Source: the human T2T-CHM13v2.0 reference genome, Homo sapiens. Taken from it: DNA of 64,000 nt. How positions within the stretch are numbered: position 1 is the stretch's first letter; each line of letters starts with the position of its first letter. Shown here one piece after another: positions 31,442-45,996 of the stretch. The stretch is taken from NCBI RefSeq assembly GCF_009914755.1, contig NC_060932.1; one strand, 5' to 3'. The notes under the pieces were generated by a model. That model ran no database searches. It had not been told where the DNA came from and was given only the letters and a program-made list of their open reading frames with translations. A program made the translations under genes and the position numbers.

Positions 31442-33352
31442 TGGATTTTTCTTTAATGTCAGTTTAAGTGGTTTTCATTCAGTTATTCATTCAAATATCT
31501 CTATTACTACTTGAATCATAGTAATGATTTTTAATTTTCTTTCTTCAATATATGAAGCTTTATTGTCATTTTTGGCTTTCAATCATGTCAGTTTGTTTTC
31601 CTGTGGCTTCAGTGAATGTGGATTTTTCATTGGCAAAGTTTCCATGAATTTCTTTTATAGAAAATTGGGACCTGGAGTAAAATTGAATCCCTTCAGAAAG
31701 AATTTTAGTTTTGCTTTGGTGAAATGCCTAACTTTACTATCATGCGGGAGATGCTGTAACAAAATTTTAGTTTAGATTTTTAAAAATCATATAAGTGTTT
31801 ATAAATTTTGTCTGCAAATCTGTTTGAGAAGCTTACCAATTGTTAGGAGAGATATTTTTCTGTTGTGTTCAGCAAGAGTGACGTTGGAGCGGAACAGGGT
31901 GCATATAGGGATGGTGATGGATATATGGGTTTATTTCTAGCTCACCTTTATTCTTTCAGAACAATACCATTGCACCCAGCCTTATGTAGGTCCACCTATT
32001 AGATTCCCCTCCAAGAGTCTGTCCCTCCTTTGTCTTTGGTTTCCCAAGCTCCACAAGGCCATCATCAGTGATACCTACATTCACTGAGTTTGGCTAATTT
32101 CCTCAGAGCAAAAGCTGAATTATTTGCTTCATTTCTCATTTTCTCCATTTCCTCTCACCTTTTATTTAGATTTTGGCCTCAAAATTTCTTACTTCCCTAT
32201 AAGCTCAAGGAATAATATTTTACAAATTAATGTGTTTTTTTTTTTCCTAAAACAGGAGCATAAATACAGGTTCTAGATTTACAATGTGTTCAAAAGAGAG
32301 AGTTCACTATCAAATCTGTGGAATTGGTATTTATGTACGGTTAGTCTGGTTTCTTATAACTGGAAGTGGAAGTTAGTCCTTTAAGCAGTATTATGCTACA
32401 AAGTAAATTCACTCTTATTACCATTGCAAATTTATAGTAACAAAAACATTTCTTCGGTTTGTAATAGCCATATTTAGTAAATTTATTCTGAATAAACACA
32501 TGAGGTATTCTGAATTAGAGGTTAATTAGTTATTAGTAACATAATTTAGCTATCTTTACAGATAGATATTTGAATAGCAATAACTTGTCTGCTTCTCTTT
32601 GTCCCAGTTTTTACCACTTGAGCAACATGATGAAAGCTAGATGAAAAAATCTAATATGTCTAGATACTTCAAGGTTGAAAAAAAGAAGAAAATGTATTTT
32701 TTCTTATGTATAACAGAAAAAGTTAGTTACATCTGCTCCTCTCTTCAATAAAGACGGAAAACCTTTTCTCTCTGGAAAGGAGATGGAAGGGTCCTGGGTT
32801 TTCCTACTAACTTAGCGGAGAGCAAATACATCCTGTCAAAGGCCAGATAAACCCAAGTGTCTCTGATTTCTAAAGCCTAGGGATGTCTCCAAGATCACAG
32901 GCCTTATATTCCTTTCAAATGTAAACGCATACCTTTATATTATGTAAATCCCTTTGGAGTTCACTCAACTTCAACTGTACAACTATCTGTACAGTTGTAA
33001 ATTAACTTTTCAATGTAAGCTCTTAGCCCCGCTCCTAGTTTTCAGCAAAATGTATTCATAAAGTCCCAACTCTGCACAAGCACTCAAAAAAAATTTCTCC
33101 ATGCCTCATATTTTATCAGCCTACTGAAGAAGTTATGTTTCTAAGATTCAGGGAAGAGGGAAGATAGTGTAAATGTATTCAGCTTATTTTAATTCAGCTA
33201 TAAATTTAAAAGAATGGACAACATGGCATTTTCTCTATCACATAGAATTATTTGATTTGCCAAGTTTTAAAAAACTACTTAGAAGTTATTTCTATAAAGG
33301 TTCTATATAAGCATCACCAATTATGAATAGATATTAATCTCATAAAATTTAG

Positions 33353-34197
33353 AAAATGGACAAGTGGGATCTAACTAAGCTTAAGAGTTTCTGCACAGCA
33401 AAAGACACTATCAACAGAGTTAATGGACAATCTACAGAATGAGAAAACCTTTGCAAACTATGCGTCTGTCAAAGATCTAATATCCAGCATCTATAAGTAA
33501 CTTAAATTTACAAGAGAAAAACAAACAACAAGATTAAAAAGTGGGCAAAGGACATGAACAGACACTTTTCGAAAGAAGACATAATATGTGGCCAACAAGC
33601 ATATGAAAAAAAGCTCAATATCACTGATCATTTGAGAAATGCAAATTAAAACCACAATGAGATACCATTTCACACCAGTCAGAATGGCTGTTATTAAAAA
33701 GTCCAAAAATAGCAGCTGCTGGAGAGGTTATGGAGAAAGGGGAACACTTCTACACTGTTGGTGGGAGTGTAAATTAGTTCAACCATCGTGGAAAGCCGTA
33801 TGGCAATTTCTCAAAGAGCTAAAAGCAGAACTACCATTTGATCCAGCAATCCCATTTCCATGCAGCCATGAAAAAGAACAAGATCGTGTCTTTTGAGGGA
33901 GCATGAATGGAGCTAGAGGCTATTATCCTTAGCAAACTAATGCAGGAACAGAAAGTCAAATAATGCATGTTCTCACTTATAAGTGGGAGAGAACATGAGA
34001 ACACATGTACAGAAGGAAGGAAATAGACACTGGCCTACTTGAGGGAGGAGGGAGAGGAGCAGAAAAGCTAACTATTGGGTACTGGGCTTAATAGCTGGTT
34101 GATGAAATAACTTGTACAACAAACCTCCATGATATGAGTTTACGTAACTAACAAACCTTCATATGTATCCCTAGACCTAAAATAAAAGTTAAAAAAA
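33353..34197 (+). mobile_element. L1PA13-16-type 3' fragment with internal deletion
   Basis: ORF2 C-terminal text ([23 protein letters not shown]), 3'UTR actattgggtactgggcttaata...aaataaaagtt; jump at cccatttccatgcagcc (about 33857). Confidence 0.9.
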
Positions 34198-34755
34198 TTT
34201 GAAAATTCCTCTACTTTGAAACAAATATCAAGAAAACTTCAATGAAATTTAAAAACTTCAATGGAATTTAAACCTTGAAGTTTAAAATGAGTAAACTATG
34301 TATCTGCACTCAATCCTAGTCTTCTTCTCTTAAAAAAATTAATAGGACTGCCATGAATAATATATACATTATATCCTTTTGTAGAACACCATCTCTGAGT
34401 ACATATTCAAGAAAGGAGTTCTTTTCCTTAAACTCAAGAAGTTATATAATTGTAAAAAGAAAATAAATTCTTATATTTTCATTATATCCCAAGCAAAAGG
34501 TTTAAAATGTTGACAAGGGACAGAGAGTTATCTGATAGAACAGTAGTAGTATAATCTCTATTCTGAGTCCAACTATATATAACTATAGTATAAACTTAAA
34601 AAGCATTTAAAAATTTCCGTTGATTAAAGCAGCATAAAATGTTGGAAGGAAATAAAACTTCAGTGTCTAAAAAATTGGATTTGATTCTCAGCTCTGCCAC
34701 TTTTTGCGTCTGAGCTAGGTTTTCTCTTTTATAAAATATGCACTTTTATAAATAC

Positions 34756-35086
34756 TGTATAGTCCATTTGGGATGCTTTAACAAGATACCTTAGACTGAG
34801 AAATTTATAAGTAGTAGAAATTTATTGCTCACAGCCTTAGAGGCTCAGAAGTCCTAGGTCAAGACATCAGCAGATTTGGTGTCTAGTGAAGGCTTTCTCT
34901 CTCCCTCGTAGACAGCAACTTCCTGCTGCATCCCCAAGCTCCACTGGGCCTTTTAAATAAGGGAACGAATCCTACTCATGGGGGCTAATCACCTCCTAAG
35001 GGCCAAACCTCTTAATAATATTGCATTGGAGATTATAGATTTCAGTATATGAATTCTGAGGGGGCAGAAATATTCAGACCATAGAA
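34756..35086 (-). mobile_element. MLT1A-like MaLR LTR, inserted in a MIR remnant (about 34640-35140)
   Basis: tagtccatttgggatgctttaacaagatacc...aaatttattgctcacag...tattcagaccatag; flanks contain ggatttgattctcagctctgccact and ttagcacaatacatgg. Confidence 0.82.
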
Positions 35087-36869
35087 GATATTTCCTGTAT
35101 ATTCATTAGCACAATACATGGTTTATAGTGAAATTACCATCTATGTCAGATTACGATGGCTATAGATTCACTGCTTGAAAGAGTGCTTGAAATATTTGAG
35201 GATGGAGATATATTCTGTAAGCTCTTTTTAGTTTGTTTTTGGATTAATTGTACTACACAATGTTTTTGTTTTTCCAAGACCTAATCAGAATTGGGCCCTT
35301 TCTGAGGAAGCAGAAGTGTATATTTGTACAATCAAAAAGTTATTCTACTTATAATTGAACACATGTTTTTGATATTAAAAATCCCATATATACAAAATAT
35401 ATGTGTGTGGATATATATATAAAAATATATGTAGTTGGAAAGATGAAAATATGCAAAACTAACTTATTTTTAATTATTTTACTTCTGTTTTCTTAAGGGT
35501 TATTCTTCCCTGCGTAATGTTAACTCTGCCCAAATTTGTAAATATTATTTGTGAAATGGGTAGAAAAAGCAGTGACGCATAACTAAATTATGCATAGGTT
35601 TGATCCAGCAGATATTCATTCAATAACTCTGGGCCATTTACTTAGGATATGTAGATTTGCACACTACTGCTGGGCAAATAAAACTTGAATTCAGATATTG
35701 CAAGATATGTTTTGATTCAGTTTCATTTTTAAGCTGTTTAATTTGTGAATCATGTCACTTAGGATAGTCCACTACAATCTTAAAATAGTAAATTTTGTCA
35801 CTCCCCAGTGTTCATTATCACACTGTATTAAGATACACACAAATTTTAAAGAGTGGTAATTATAGTACAGATAACATGTTTTTATAACATTATTTTAGTA
35901 TATTATTCTTTATTACTGTTATTCTCTACCATTGTTTTATGTAGTAAGTAGATCATGTGCATATGTCCATAGTGCCACCTAGTCTTAATAAATGACATCT
36001 TAATATCTTAATACCTTTAAAGCATTTAATTATTTTATCCCTTGTTTCATAATGATCCTTTTTAAATGTCATTCATATTATCCTCTCTTAAGAATATACT
36101 TTTTTCTATCTAATTAATTGTTACATAAAATAGGTTTTCCCCATATTGATAGTCAGACATTATTCTTATTGATTCTATCTGACTTATTTTGTTTCCGTTC
36201 AGCAGAGAGTAGAATTGTTAAATGTAACATTAAGATTTTTCAGGTGTCCACTCTTAAATGATGCAAAGCAGCTTCTAGGTCTTTTGGCAGATGCCATGCT
36301 ATGGATAACCAGTTCTAAACTTCCATATCTGCTCTCAGTTATTTCTAGTGGATCTGAAATCTCCTTGAAGGGATATCATGTGAACAGTACTTGGTATCTT
36401 CTAGGTGTTTCCCATTTAGTACATTTAGGAGTGCAGGGATGATATGCATTCTAACAAGGAAAAGATGATAAAGCTTGACATTTGAAATTATCTTTTAATA
36501 TTTTTCTAAAATTGGAGATAAATGAAAATATCGATTTAAATAGACCAACAGGTAAACTTAGAGGATATAACCAGATGAAACTCCTTGATGTCAATATGAA
36601 ATGTTTATTATGACTTAACAATATATGAAATATTCAAGTGCTTCAGAATTGTGATACCCTAGTGTGACTTTTTAATACTAAAATCTTAGTAGAGAATGGA
36701 CTGGTATAATAAACAATTATTATTTTTCTGAATGCATTCCCTATTTTTCTGGGAGTGGATTTTTCATCTTTCACTTTGTCAGTATCCTCTAGCCTAAGAT
36801 AATCATAAATGCATTCATAATTTAACAAGATTGTTCTATTACTTTTTGCAAAGAGGGACACCAATCCAT

Positions 36870-37480
36870 GGTGAACTATGGATATCCCAGTAAAAAAAAA
36901 ATGATAGAAAGAATTTATTTGGTCTTGTGGTAGGTGATTTGGGGGAAGTTCAATAAAATGGGGCTTTGCTGTTGATTGGATGCTGTCAGGAGGCAGGGGT
37001 ATATCTTTGATTGAGCATCTCAATAAATATTATTGAGAAGGGAAGAGTAGAGAAAGGCTAAAGCTGAAACTGATAAGGAAGTAACAGGATATAGGCCAGG
37101 ATAGAGAAATGTTTACGGTTTTTTGTGGTTTGTTTGAACTATGCTTAGATAAGTTTATGGAGTGGGTTTTTTTTTTTTCACTTCTTCATTGTCTCAGGGT
37201 GGCCTTTTCTGATATTGGTGTCTTTTGAGATTATATTTAATAGGAAGTAACAGGATATAGGCCAGGATAGAGAAATGTTTAGGGCTTTTGTGGTTTGTTT
37301 GAACTATGCTTAGATAAGTTTATGGAGTGGGGTTTTTTTTTCACTTCTTCATGGTCTCAGGGTGGCCTTTTCTGATATTGGTGTCTTTTGAGATTATATT
37401 TAATAGGAAAAAACTAAGGCCTACTTGTGTGTAGTCCAGCTCATAAAAGTGCAGAGGTTAAGATATGTCAAAACAGCTTC
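36870..37480 (-). mobile_element. Old ERV1-type LTR remnant (family uncertain) carrying a tandem duplication
   Basis: ggggctttgctgttgattggatgctgtcaggaggcagggg and agggtggccttttctgat resemble old MER4-group LTRs in reverse. Confidence 0.45.
37076..37409. repeat. Tandem duplication of 166 bp and 163 bp
   Basis: Units 37076-37241 and 37242-37404 are near-identical; aggaa occurs at the start, the junction and the end. Confidence 0.97.
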
Positions 37481-38129
37481 TCTGCCATCAGAGGCTGAGC
37501 TGCATTTTTTCTTTTCCAACTTCTTTCCATGTGAAGATAGTATCACTAGATGTGGTCCTCCAGGGGCCAAGGGGAACCTATATACTGGCACAAAGACCAT
37601 CCCTTCCATAAAAAGGGCCAAGAGTTAAACCTAGGGCACTGGGACTAAGAACATGTCACTCTAAGTCCCTTCAAGTGCTATTGGCATGGGTTAAAAGAGT
37701 ATTCCATACTGGAAGTAATACACACCTTTCACACAACAGTCAGTGATAGTCAGAGGGAAGTCTTGCATACTTGAAGTAACTTTTTCCTACCCTAATAGAG
37801 GCAAAGAGTGTCACTAATCACTGGGACTAAGAGCTATCTCCAGACCATACTTAATATCTACATAAAGAGGGGTCACAGGAGAGCCCCAGAACCCACTCCA
37901 CTCTTACCCCAAGACTCATATGTGACCACCCTTGGTATCCTTATCCATCAAGTCAGTTTCCTTTCTGTCCTTAAACTTTACTCATATTAGTTATCACCAG
38001 ATGACTAATTTCCAGGTCACCTCTCATTTTTTGCATCCTAATTCCAATGAAGCTCTGTATATTCCTGCTCTCCATTTGTCTAACTTTTCAGTAACTCTTG
38101 AAGCCATTCCACAGTGTTGTCCATAGTGC

Positions 38130-39755
38130 AGACATTATTAGCAAGAATCTTTATGCCTGCAACCTCTTTTGTGAATGCTCCCTTTACATGTCCACTCTAC
38201 AGAAACCTGTCTCTTCTTTGAAGGCACAATATCTCTGATGCCCTATTCAGTATTGGCTGGTTTTAGTGTCACACTCTTCTGAAAACCTGACATCATGGTT
38301 GATTCTAAATCATTTGTATTCCCTTTTCCCTAAAAAAGTCCAGCATTGACGCCTCTTATGTGATCAAATATCTTACTAACAACTCACTTTTTTAGTCATT
38401 TACTGGCTGTCAGGCCATTCTTTTTTACTTCCAAAGTAGTTTAGCATCATGCTGTTTGTCATTTTCTCCAACACTATTCTTTCTTAAATATTGGTTATTT
38501 CAACATAGGCAGAGATTATAGTGCTATAATCCTAGTCTGTCAGTCCCTTAGCTTCCCTTTTGTAACTCTCTTGCAGCCACTAACTCCCAGTGCCATACCC
38601 TCCTTGATCTTGTCATTACTAATAACAGCAACTCTTCAACTTTTCCTTCTCATTTTCTAAAAAGAATCCCTCATTTTCTAGCTCACGCCCTCCAGTTGTT
38701 AGCACAACTCCAGTAATCCATACACCCTTCAGCATCTTACAAAACCTTGCTTTCATTTTTCAATGTTTCTTACCCTTTTGATGCCTTTTTTCTGTCCTTA
38801 TCCAAATCAAAAGGAAATAGGTATAATATTTTCATTAAATACACCCTTAACTCTTTGTTAATTTTGTGCTCATATGAAAAAAAGTAGGATCCCAGTTAAC
38901 TGCCTAATCATTGCCTTTGCCTATATCAGGATAATCTATACTTATACCTTTAAAGCATATTTAAAATCCAACTACTTTTCAGCATCTGCACTGCCATCAC
39001 CCTGGTCAAAGCCACCATCTTTTCCCACCTAGATGATGGCAGTAGACTTGCCACTTGTCCATTCTCACCCTTGCTTCTCTATCATGTGGGCTCAACATAG
39101 TGACAATGGTCATCTCCTTAAAAATTAATTCTAATAACATCACTTATCTACTTTTTAGAAAAGTAATATCTTGTCAATTCACTCAAAGGAATACAAAATT
39201 TATTAACATTATATACAACCAAGGTGAATATCTGTCCTGGTTTACCCTGGAAAATTTCAGGTTGCCTATTTTCTTTGAATAATTATAATGAGTGACCATT
39301 TTTATTCTTGAAAGGGTTCTAGTTAATACAATTAATGAGGCTGTTACTCTACCCTTAAAGCCCTATAAAAGTTGACTTTCCTTCTCTTATTATGCCTCAA
39401 ACTTCACCTCCTTCTTTGCGCCCACTTGCTCACTTATCTTTAATTTCCCTCTTGATAATTGCTCATGCCATCTTTGCTCCCTTGAACAATGCAGCATGTT
39501 CCTACCTGGAGGCTTTGCAGTGATGCTTCCCTCTGCCTAAACATCTCTTCCCATAGATAATCAAATAACTACCTTTCTAACTTCTATCATACCTGCTTTT
39601 TATTAAATTTCCCTTTCTCAGAGCAGTACAGCTAACTACCTTATTGAAAATTGCAATGTGCCTCTCTGACATAGACTTCCAAGTTTCTCTTACCCCATTC
39701 TATTTTTCCTATGTTATCGATCATTTCCTAATTGTCTTTAAAATGTACTTTAAAG
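38130..39755 (+). mobile_element. L2 (L2a-like) fragments
   Basis: tacagaaacctgtctc (EN region); aatccaactacttttcagcatctgcactgccatcaccctggtcaaagccaccatc; cctacctggaggctttgcagtgatgcttccctctgcct. Confidence 0.75.
39221..39351. mobile_element. MER94-like hAT-Blackjack MITE inside L2
   Basis: aaggtgaatatctgtcctggtttaccctgg...aattataatg...gttactcta; imperfect TIRs, about 130 bp. Confidence 0.55.
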
Positions 39756-39763
39756 TAACTTAT

Positions 39764-40745
39764 CTCTCTATTTGTCTATTATTGGTGTATAGGAATGCTT
39801 GTGATTTTTTCACATTGATTTTGTATCCTGAGTCTTTGCTAAAGTTGCTTATCAGCTTAAGGAGATTTCGGGCTGAGATGATGGGGTTTTCTAAATATAC
39901 AATCATGTCACCTGCAAACAGAGACAATTTGACTTCCTCTCTTCCTATTTGAAAATGCTTTATTTCTTTCTCTTGCCTGATTGCTCTGGCCAGAACTTCC
40001 AATGCTATGTTGAATTGGAGTGGTGAGAGAGGGCTTCCTTGTCTTGTGCCAGTTTTCAAAGGGAATGCTTCCAGGTTTGGCCTATTCAGTAAGATATTGG
40101 CTGTCGGTTTGTCATCAATAGCTCTTATTATTTTGAGATACGTTCCATCAACACTTAGTTTATTCAGAGTTTTTAGCATAAAGGGGTGTTGAATTTTATT
40201 GAAGGCCTTTTCTGCATCTATTGAGATAATCATGTAGTTTTTGTCATTGGTTCTGTTTATGTGATGGATTATGTTTATTGATTTGCATGTGTTGAACCAG
40301 CCTTGCATTCCAGGCATGAAGCCAACTTGATCGTGGTGTATAAGCTTTTTGATGTGCTGCTGGATTCGGTTTGCCAATATTTGATTGAGGATTTTCGCAT
40401 CGATATTCATCAGGTATATTGGCCTGAAATTCTCTTTTTTTGTTGTGTCTATGCCAGGTTTTGGTATCAGGATGATGCTGGCCTTATAAAATGAGTTACG
40501 GAAGAGTCCCTCTTTTTCTGTTGATTGGAATAGTTTCATAAGGAGTGGTACCCACTCCTCTTTGTACCTCCGGTAGAATTTGGCTGTGAATCTGTCTGGT
40601 CCTGGGCTTTTATTGGTTGGTAGGCTATTAATTACTGCCTCAATTTCAGAACTTGTTATTGTTCTATTCAGGGATTTGACTTCTTCCTGGTTTAGTCTCA
40701 GAAGGGTGTATGTGTCCAGAAATTTATCCACTTTTTCTAGATTTT

Positions 40746-40747
<2 letters not shown>
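39764..40747 (-). mobile_element. L1PA ORF2 reverse-transcriptase segment, inverted arm of a twin-primed insertion
   Basis: 332-aa ORF is L1 RT ([35 protein letters not shown]); catalytic FADD reads FAGD. Confidence 0.95.
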
Positions 40748-41434
<687 letters not shown>

Positions 41435-41435
41435 T

Positions 41436-41600
41436 AGTGCTTCACTAAAATAATCGTAACCCAAGATAGAAGAGCCAGCAACAGAAGACCCACAAGACAT
41501 AAGTGAAAGTATAACCCAAGATAGAGAATGAAGATCCAAAGTTAGCAAATTAAAAACAGTGGCAGAGCAACCAGCTCAGGCCAGAGCTTGGAGACCTGGG
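41436..41600 (+). mobile_element. HAL1-like old LINE remnant
   Basis: gtgcttcactaaaa...taacccaagatagaaga...gcagagcaaccagctcaggccagagc resembles HAL1. Confidence 0.4.
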
Positions 41601-42475
41601 GTTCTGATTGTCAATCAAGAATTGTTGAGCAAGTTGACTGCTTGTGTGGAGAGAGATGGAGTTGGTCTTCCTGAAGAAAACCAGAAGTCCTGAGAGGTTG
41701 TGTTATATTAAAAGACAGCTAGTTGAGATTTACCCACCATCATGAGCAAGAAACAGAAACCTTGACAACCTTTCAAGATGATGACTTGAAAATAATCCAC
41801 CTAGGAAAAACTGAAACTACAGGTCTCAGCTACCTGTAGCAGTGGGATGGTAATTCACACAGCTGATACTGTATATGAATCTTCAGAATAATGAATTACA
41901 ATCCAGCTGTTCCAGAACCTACAGGCTTTTGTCCTAGAAACCATGCAAATAATAAAAATGTTCTCTAAAATGCAGTAGACTGTGACAAAAGGTGGTAACC
42001 AGAATACAATGTTGAATCAATGGAAGTTTATGAATATAAAATAGACTCCAACCTGTATAAAGGCAAAGCAATTTCATTTTAAATAGAGAACAGCTAAGAA
42101 TGCAGGTGAGTTGGTATTCAAAGATGAAGTGATATTCTTCAAGTATGAGAAGAGAAAACCAAGAAACAAGGAAATAAGGTAGCTCTTCCTTTGTGACACA
42201 AGGAGAGAAATGAAATATCAATGCATATAGTTAATAATATATTTGTGCTAGTTAAGTGTATGCTAAAAATCGTCAGTATCTCAGACATTGTATAGAAGGT
42301 AGTTGTTACAAGAGTAACATACTTGCAAATTTACTTCATAAAAACTCCTTAGAGTTATTTAAAAAACAGAGACAGATTGAGCTCTCTCTTCTAATTTTAA
42401 AATCAATTGTAAAAAAAGAATCTACCACATGCAAGATTGATTTGTTCAATAAGCATTTATGAAGAACCCTAAATA

Positions 42476-45004
42476 GCCACTACAAAAACACTGAAGTACA
42501 CAGACTAATGACACTATAAAGCAACCACATAAACAAGTCTGAAAAATAACCAGCTAACATCATGATGACAGAATCAAACCACATGTTTCAATACTAACCT
42601 TAAATGTAAATGGGCTAAATGCCCCAATTAAATGACACAGAGTGGCCAGTGACATAAAGAACCAAGCCCCATTTTTAAACTGTCTTCAAGAGACCCATGT
42701 CACATGCAATAACACACATAGGCTCAAAATAAAGGGATGGAGAAAAATCCAGGAAGCAAACAGAAAACAGAAAAAAGAAGGGGTTACAATCCTAGTTTCT
42801 GACAGAACAGACTTTAAACCAACAAAGATCAAAAAAGCCAAAGAAGGGCATTAAATAATAGTAAAGGGTTAAATTCAACAAGAACATCTAACTATTCTGA
42901 CATGTATGCACCCAACACAGGAGACCTCAGATTCATAAAGCAAGTTCTTAAAGACCTTCAAAGAGACTTAGATTCCCACACAATAATAGTAGAAGGCTTT
43001 AATACATCACTGACAATATTAGATCATCAAGACAGAAAATTAACAAGAATATTCAGGACCTGAACTCAGTACTGTATCAAATATCTACAGATAGATATCT
43101 ATAGAACTCTCCACTCAAAAATAACAGAATATACATTCTTCCCATTGCCACATGGTACATTCTCTAAAATTGATTACCTAATGAGAAGTAAAACACTTCT
43201 CAGCAAATGCACAAAAACTGAAATCATAACAAACATCTTCTTGGACCACAGCACAGTCAAATTAGAAATCAAGACTAAGAAATTCACTCAAAAACATACA
43301 ATTAAATAGAAATTGAATCACCTGCTCCTGAATGACTTTGGGGTAAATAATAAAATTAAAGCAGAAATCAATAAGTTATTTGAAATTAATGAGAACAAAG
43401 ATACAGCATAATACCAGAATCTCTGGGAGACAGCTAAAGCAGTGTTAAGAGGGAAATTTATAGCACTAAATGCCTATACCATAAAGTTAGGAAACTCTCA
43501 AGTTAACAATATAACATCATAATGAAAAGAACTAGAGAACCAAGAGAAAATAAATCTCAAAGCTAGCAGAAGACAAGAAATAACCAAAATCAGAGCAGAA
43601 CTGAAGGAGATTGAGACATGAAAAACCATTCAAATAAACACAGTTAGAAACAAGAAGGGGGATATTACCACTCACCCCACAGAAATACAAACAACCATCA
43701 GAAAATATGAACATATCTATGCACATAAACTAGAAAATATAGAAAAAAACAGATAAATCCTAGACACATACACCCTCCCAGGACTTAATCAGAAAGAATT
43801 TAAATCCCTGAACAGACCAATAATAAGCTCTGAAATTGGGAAAATAATAAATAGCCTACAAAAAAAAAAAAAAAACCCAGGACCAAACAAATTCATAGCT
43901 GAATGCTATCACATGTACAAAGAAGAGCTGGTGGTACTATTTGTACTGAAATTGTTCCAAACATTTAAGGAGGAGGGACTCATCCTTCACCCACACTATA
44001 AGGCCAGAATCATACTGATAGCAAAACCTGGCAGAGATACAGTAAGAAAAGAAAACTTCAGTCCAATATCCTGGATGAACATCAATGCAAAACTCCTCAA
44101 CAAAATACTGGCAAACTGAATGAAGCAGCACATCAAAAAGCTTATCCACCATGATCAAGTTGGCTTTATCTCTGAGCTGCAATTTTGGTTCAACATATGC
44201 AAATCAATAAATGATTCATTACATAAACAAACCTGAAGGCAGAAACCACATGATTACCTCAATAAATTCAGAAAAGACTTTTGATAAAATTCAACATCCA
44301 TTTATGTTAAAAATTCCTAATGAACAACATATTAAAGGGGCATACCTTAAAATAATAAGAACCATATATGAAAAACCCACAGCCAACATCACAATGAATG
44401 GTAAAAAGCTGGGAGCATTCCCCATTGAAAACTGGCACAAGACAAGGATGCCCTCTCAGGACTCCTACTCAACATAGTATTGGACATCCTGGCCAAGGCA
44501 ATCAGGTAAGAGTAAGAAATAAAGGGTATACGAGTAGGAAGAAAGGAAATCAAACAATCCATGTTTGCAGAAAGACATGATCCTGTAACTAGAAAACCAC
44601 ATAGTCTCAGACCAAAAGCATCTTAAGCTGATAAACAACTTCAGCAAAATTTCAGAATAAAAAATCAATGTGCAAAAATCACTAGCATTCTTATACATCA
44701 GCAACAGTTAAGCTGAGAGCCAAATCAGGAGCACACTTCCATTCACAATTGCCACAAAAGAAGAAAATACTTAGGAATACAGCTAACCAGAGAGGTGAAA
44801 GATCTCTACAAGGAGAACTATAAACCAGTATTCAATGAAATCAGAGATGACACAAACAAATGGAAAAATATTCCATGCTCATGGATAGGAAGAATCAATA
44901 TTGTTAAAATGACTATACTGCCGAAAGCAATTTATAGATCAATGCTATTTCTATTAAACTACCATTGAGATTCTTCACAGAACTAGAAAAAAAAATTAAA
45001 ATTC
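42476..45004 (+). mobile_element. L1PA13-16-type element, 5' part (end of ORF1, ORF2 EN and RT)
   Basis: atgacagaatcaaaccacatgtttcaatactaaccttaaatgtaaatgggctaaat (ORF2 start); CLQETH, HHDQVG and RQGCP remnants; many stops. Confidence 0.93.
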
Positions 45005-45290
45005 CATTATTCTATGTGAAGTAACTCAGGAATGAAAAACCAAACATCGTATGTTCTCACTTATAAACAGGAGCTAAGCTATCAGGATACAAAGGCATAA
45101 GAATGATATAGTGGACTTTGGGGACTTGACAGGAAAGGTGAAGCAGGTGAGGGATAAAAGACTGCACATTGAGTACAGTGTACCCTACTTGGGTGACATG
45201 TGCACCAAAATCTCAGAAATTACCACTGAAGAACTTTTCCATGTAACCAAACACCACCTGTTCCCACAAAACTATTAAAATAAAATTTAA
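45005..45290 (+). mobile_element. L1PB (L1PB1-like) 5'-truncated 3' end
   Basis: gaagtaactcaggaatgaaaaaccaaacatcgtatgttctcac...tgcaccaaaatctcagaaattaccact...caccacctgttcccacaaaactatt plus A-rich tail. Confidence 0.9.
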
Positions 45291-45535
45291 AATACGCTAT
45301 CAAATAGCATCACACATTACAGAGAAATCTTTCATGGAAGAGTCAATGAATGCAGCAACACTTCCTCATTGCCTTCTTTTAAGTCATTGCCAAAGCTAAA
45401 GCAACTTTCAACAACCACCTTTTTTGTCAATCAGCAGCTAGCAACATCAAGGCAAGATTATACAACAGCCAAAAGATTATGAGTTGCTGAAGTCTGAGAT
45501 GATCATCAGCAGTTTTTTTTTTTGCAATAGTGTAA
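45291..45535 (+). mobile_element. Tigger1 internal 3' fragment (no TIR), part 1
   Basis: gctatcaaatagcatcacacattacagagaaatctttcatg...caacatcaaggcaaga...aaaagattatga...gctgaagtctgagatgatcatcagca. Confidence 0.85.
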
Positions 45536-45996
45536 TTTTTATTTTTATTTTATTTTATATTTTAATTTTTATTTCCACATGTTTGTGGGGAACAGTTGGT
45601 ATTTGATTACATGAGTAATTCCTTAGTGGTGATTTGTGAGATTTTGGTGCACTCATCACCCCAACAGTATACACTCATCACCCCAACAGTATACACTCAA
45701 CCCAGTTTGTAGTCCTTTACTCCTCACCTGCCTCCCGCCCTTTCTCCTGAGTCTCCAAAAACTAGTGTATCATTCTTATGCCTTTGCATCCCGGTAGCTT
45801 AGCTCCCACTTATGAGTGAGAAGACAGAATGTTTGGTTTTCCATTCCTGAGTTACTTCACTTAGAATAATAGTCTCCAGTTCCATCCAGGTTTCTATGAA
45901 TACCATTAATTTGTTCTTTTTTAATGGCTGAGTAGTATTCCATTGTATATATATACCACTATTTCTTTATTCACTCATTGATTGATGGGCCTTGGG
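45536..45996 (-). mobile_element. L1PB (L1PB1-like) 3' end inserted in the Tigger1 fragment; contains a 22-bp tandem duplication (45650-45699)
   Basis: T tail then gattttggtgcactcatcacc...tttggttttccattcctgagttacttcacttagaataat; decayed TSD gcaatagtgtaatttt / gcaataacataagttt. Confidence 0.9.

Noticed and set aside
31450-32260. Possible old L1ME/HAL1 remnant on the minus strand
   Set aside because: Too decayed to assign a family or boundaries by eye.
36643-37023. 126-aa minus-strand ORF
   Set aside because: No recognisable domain, non-ATG start, overlaps an LTR remnant; compatible with chance.
37076-37409. CRISPR-like or minisatellite array
   Set aside because: Only two long units, no repeat-spacer structure, eukaryotic context.
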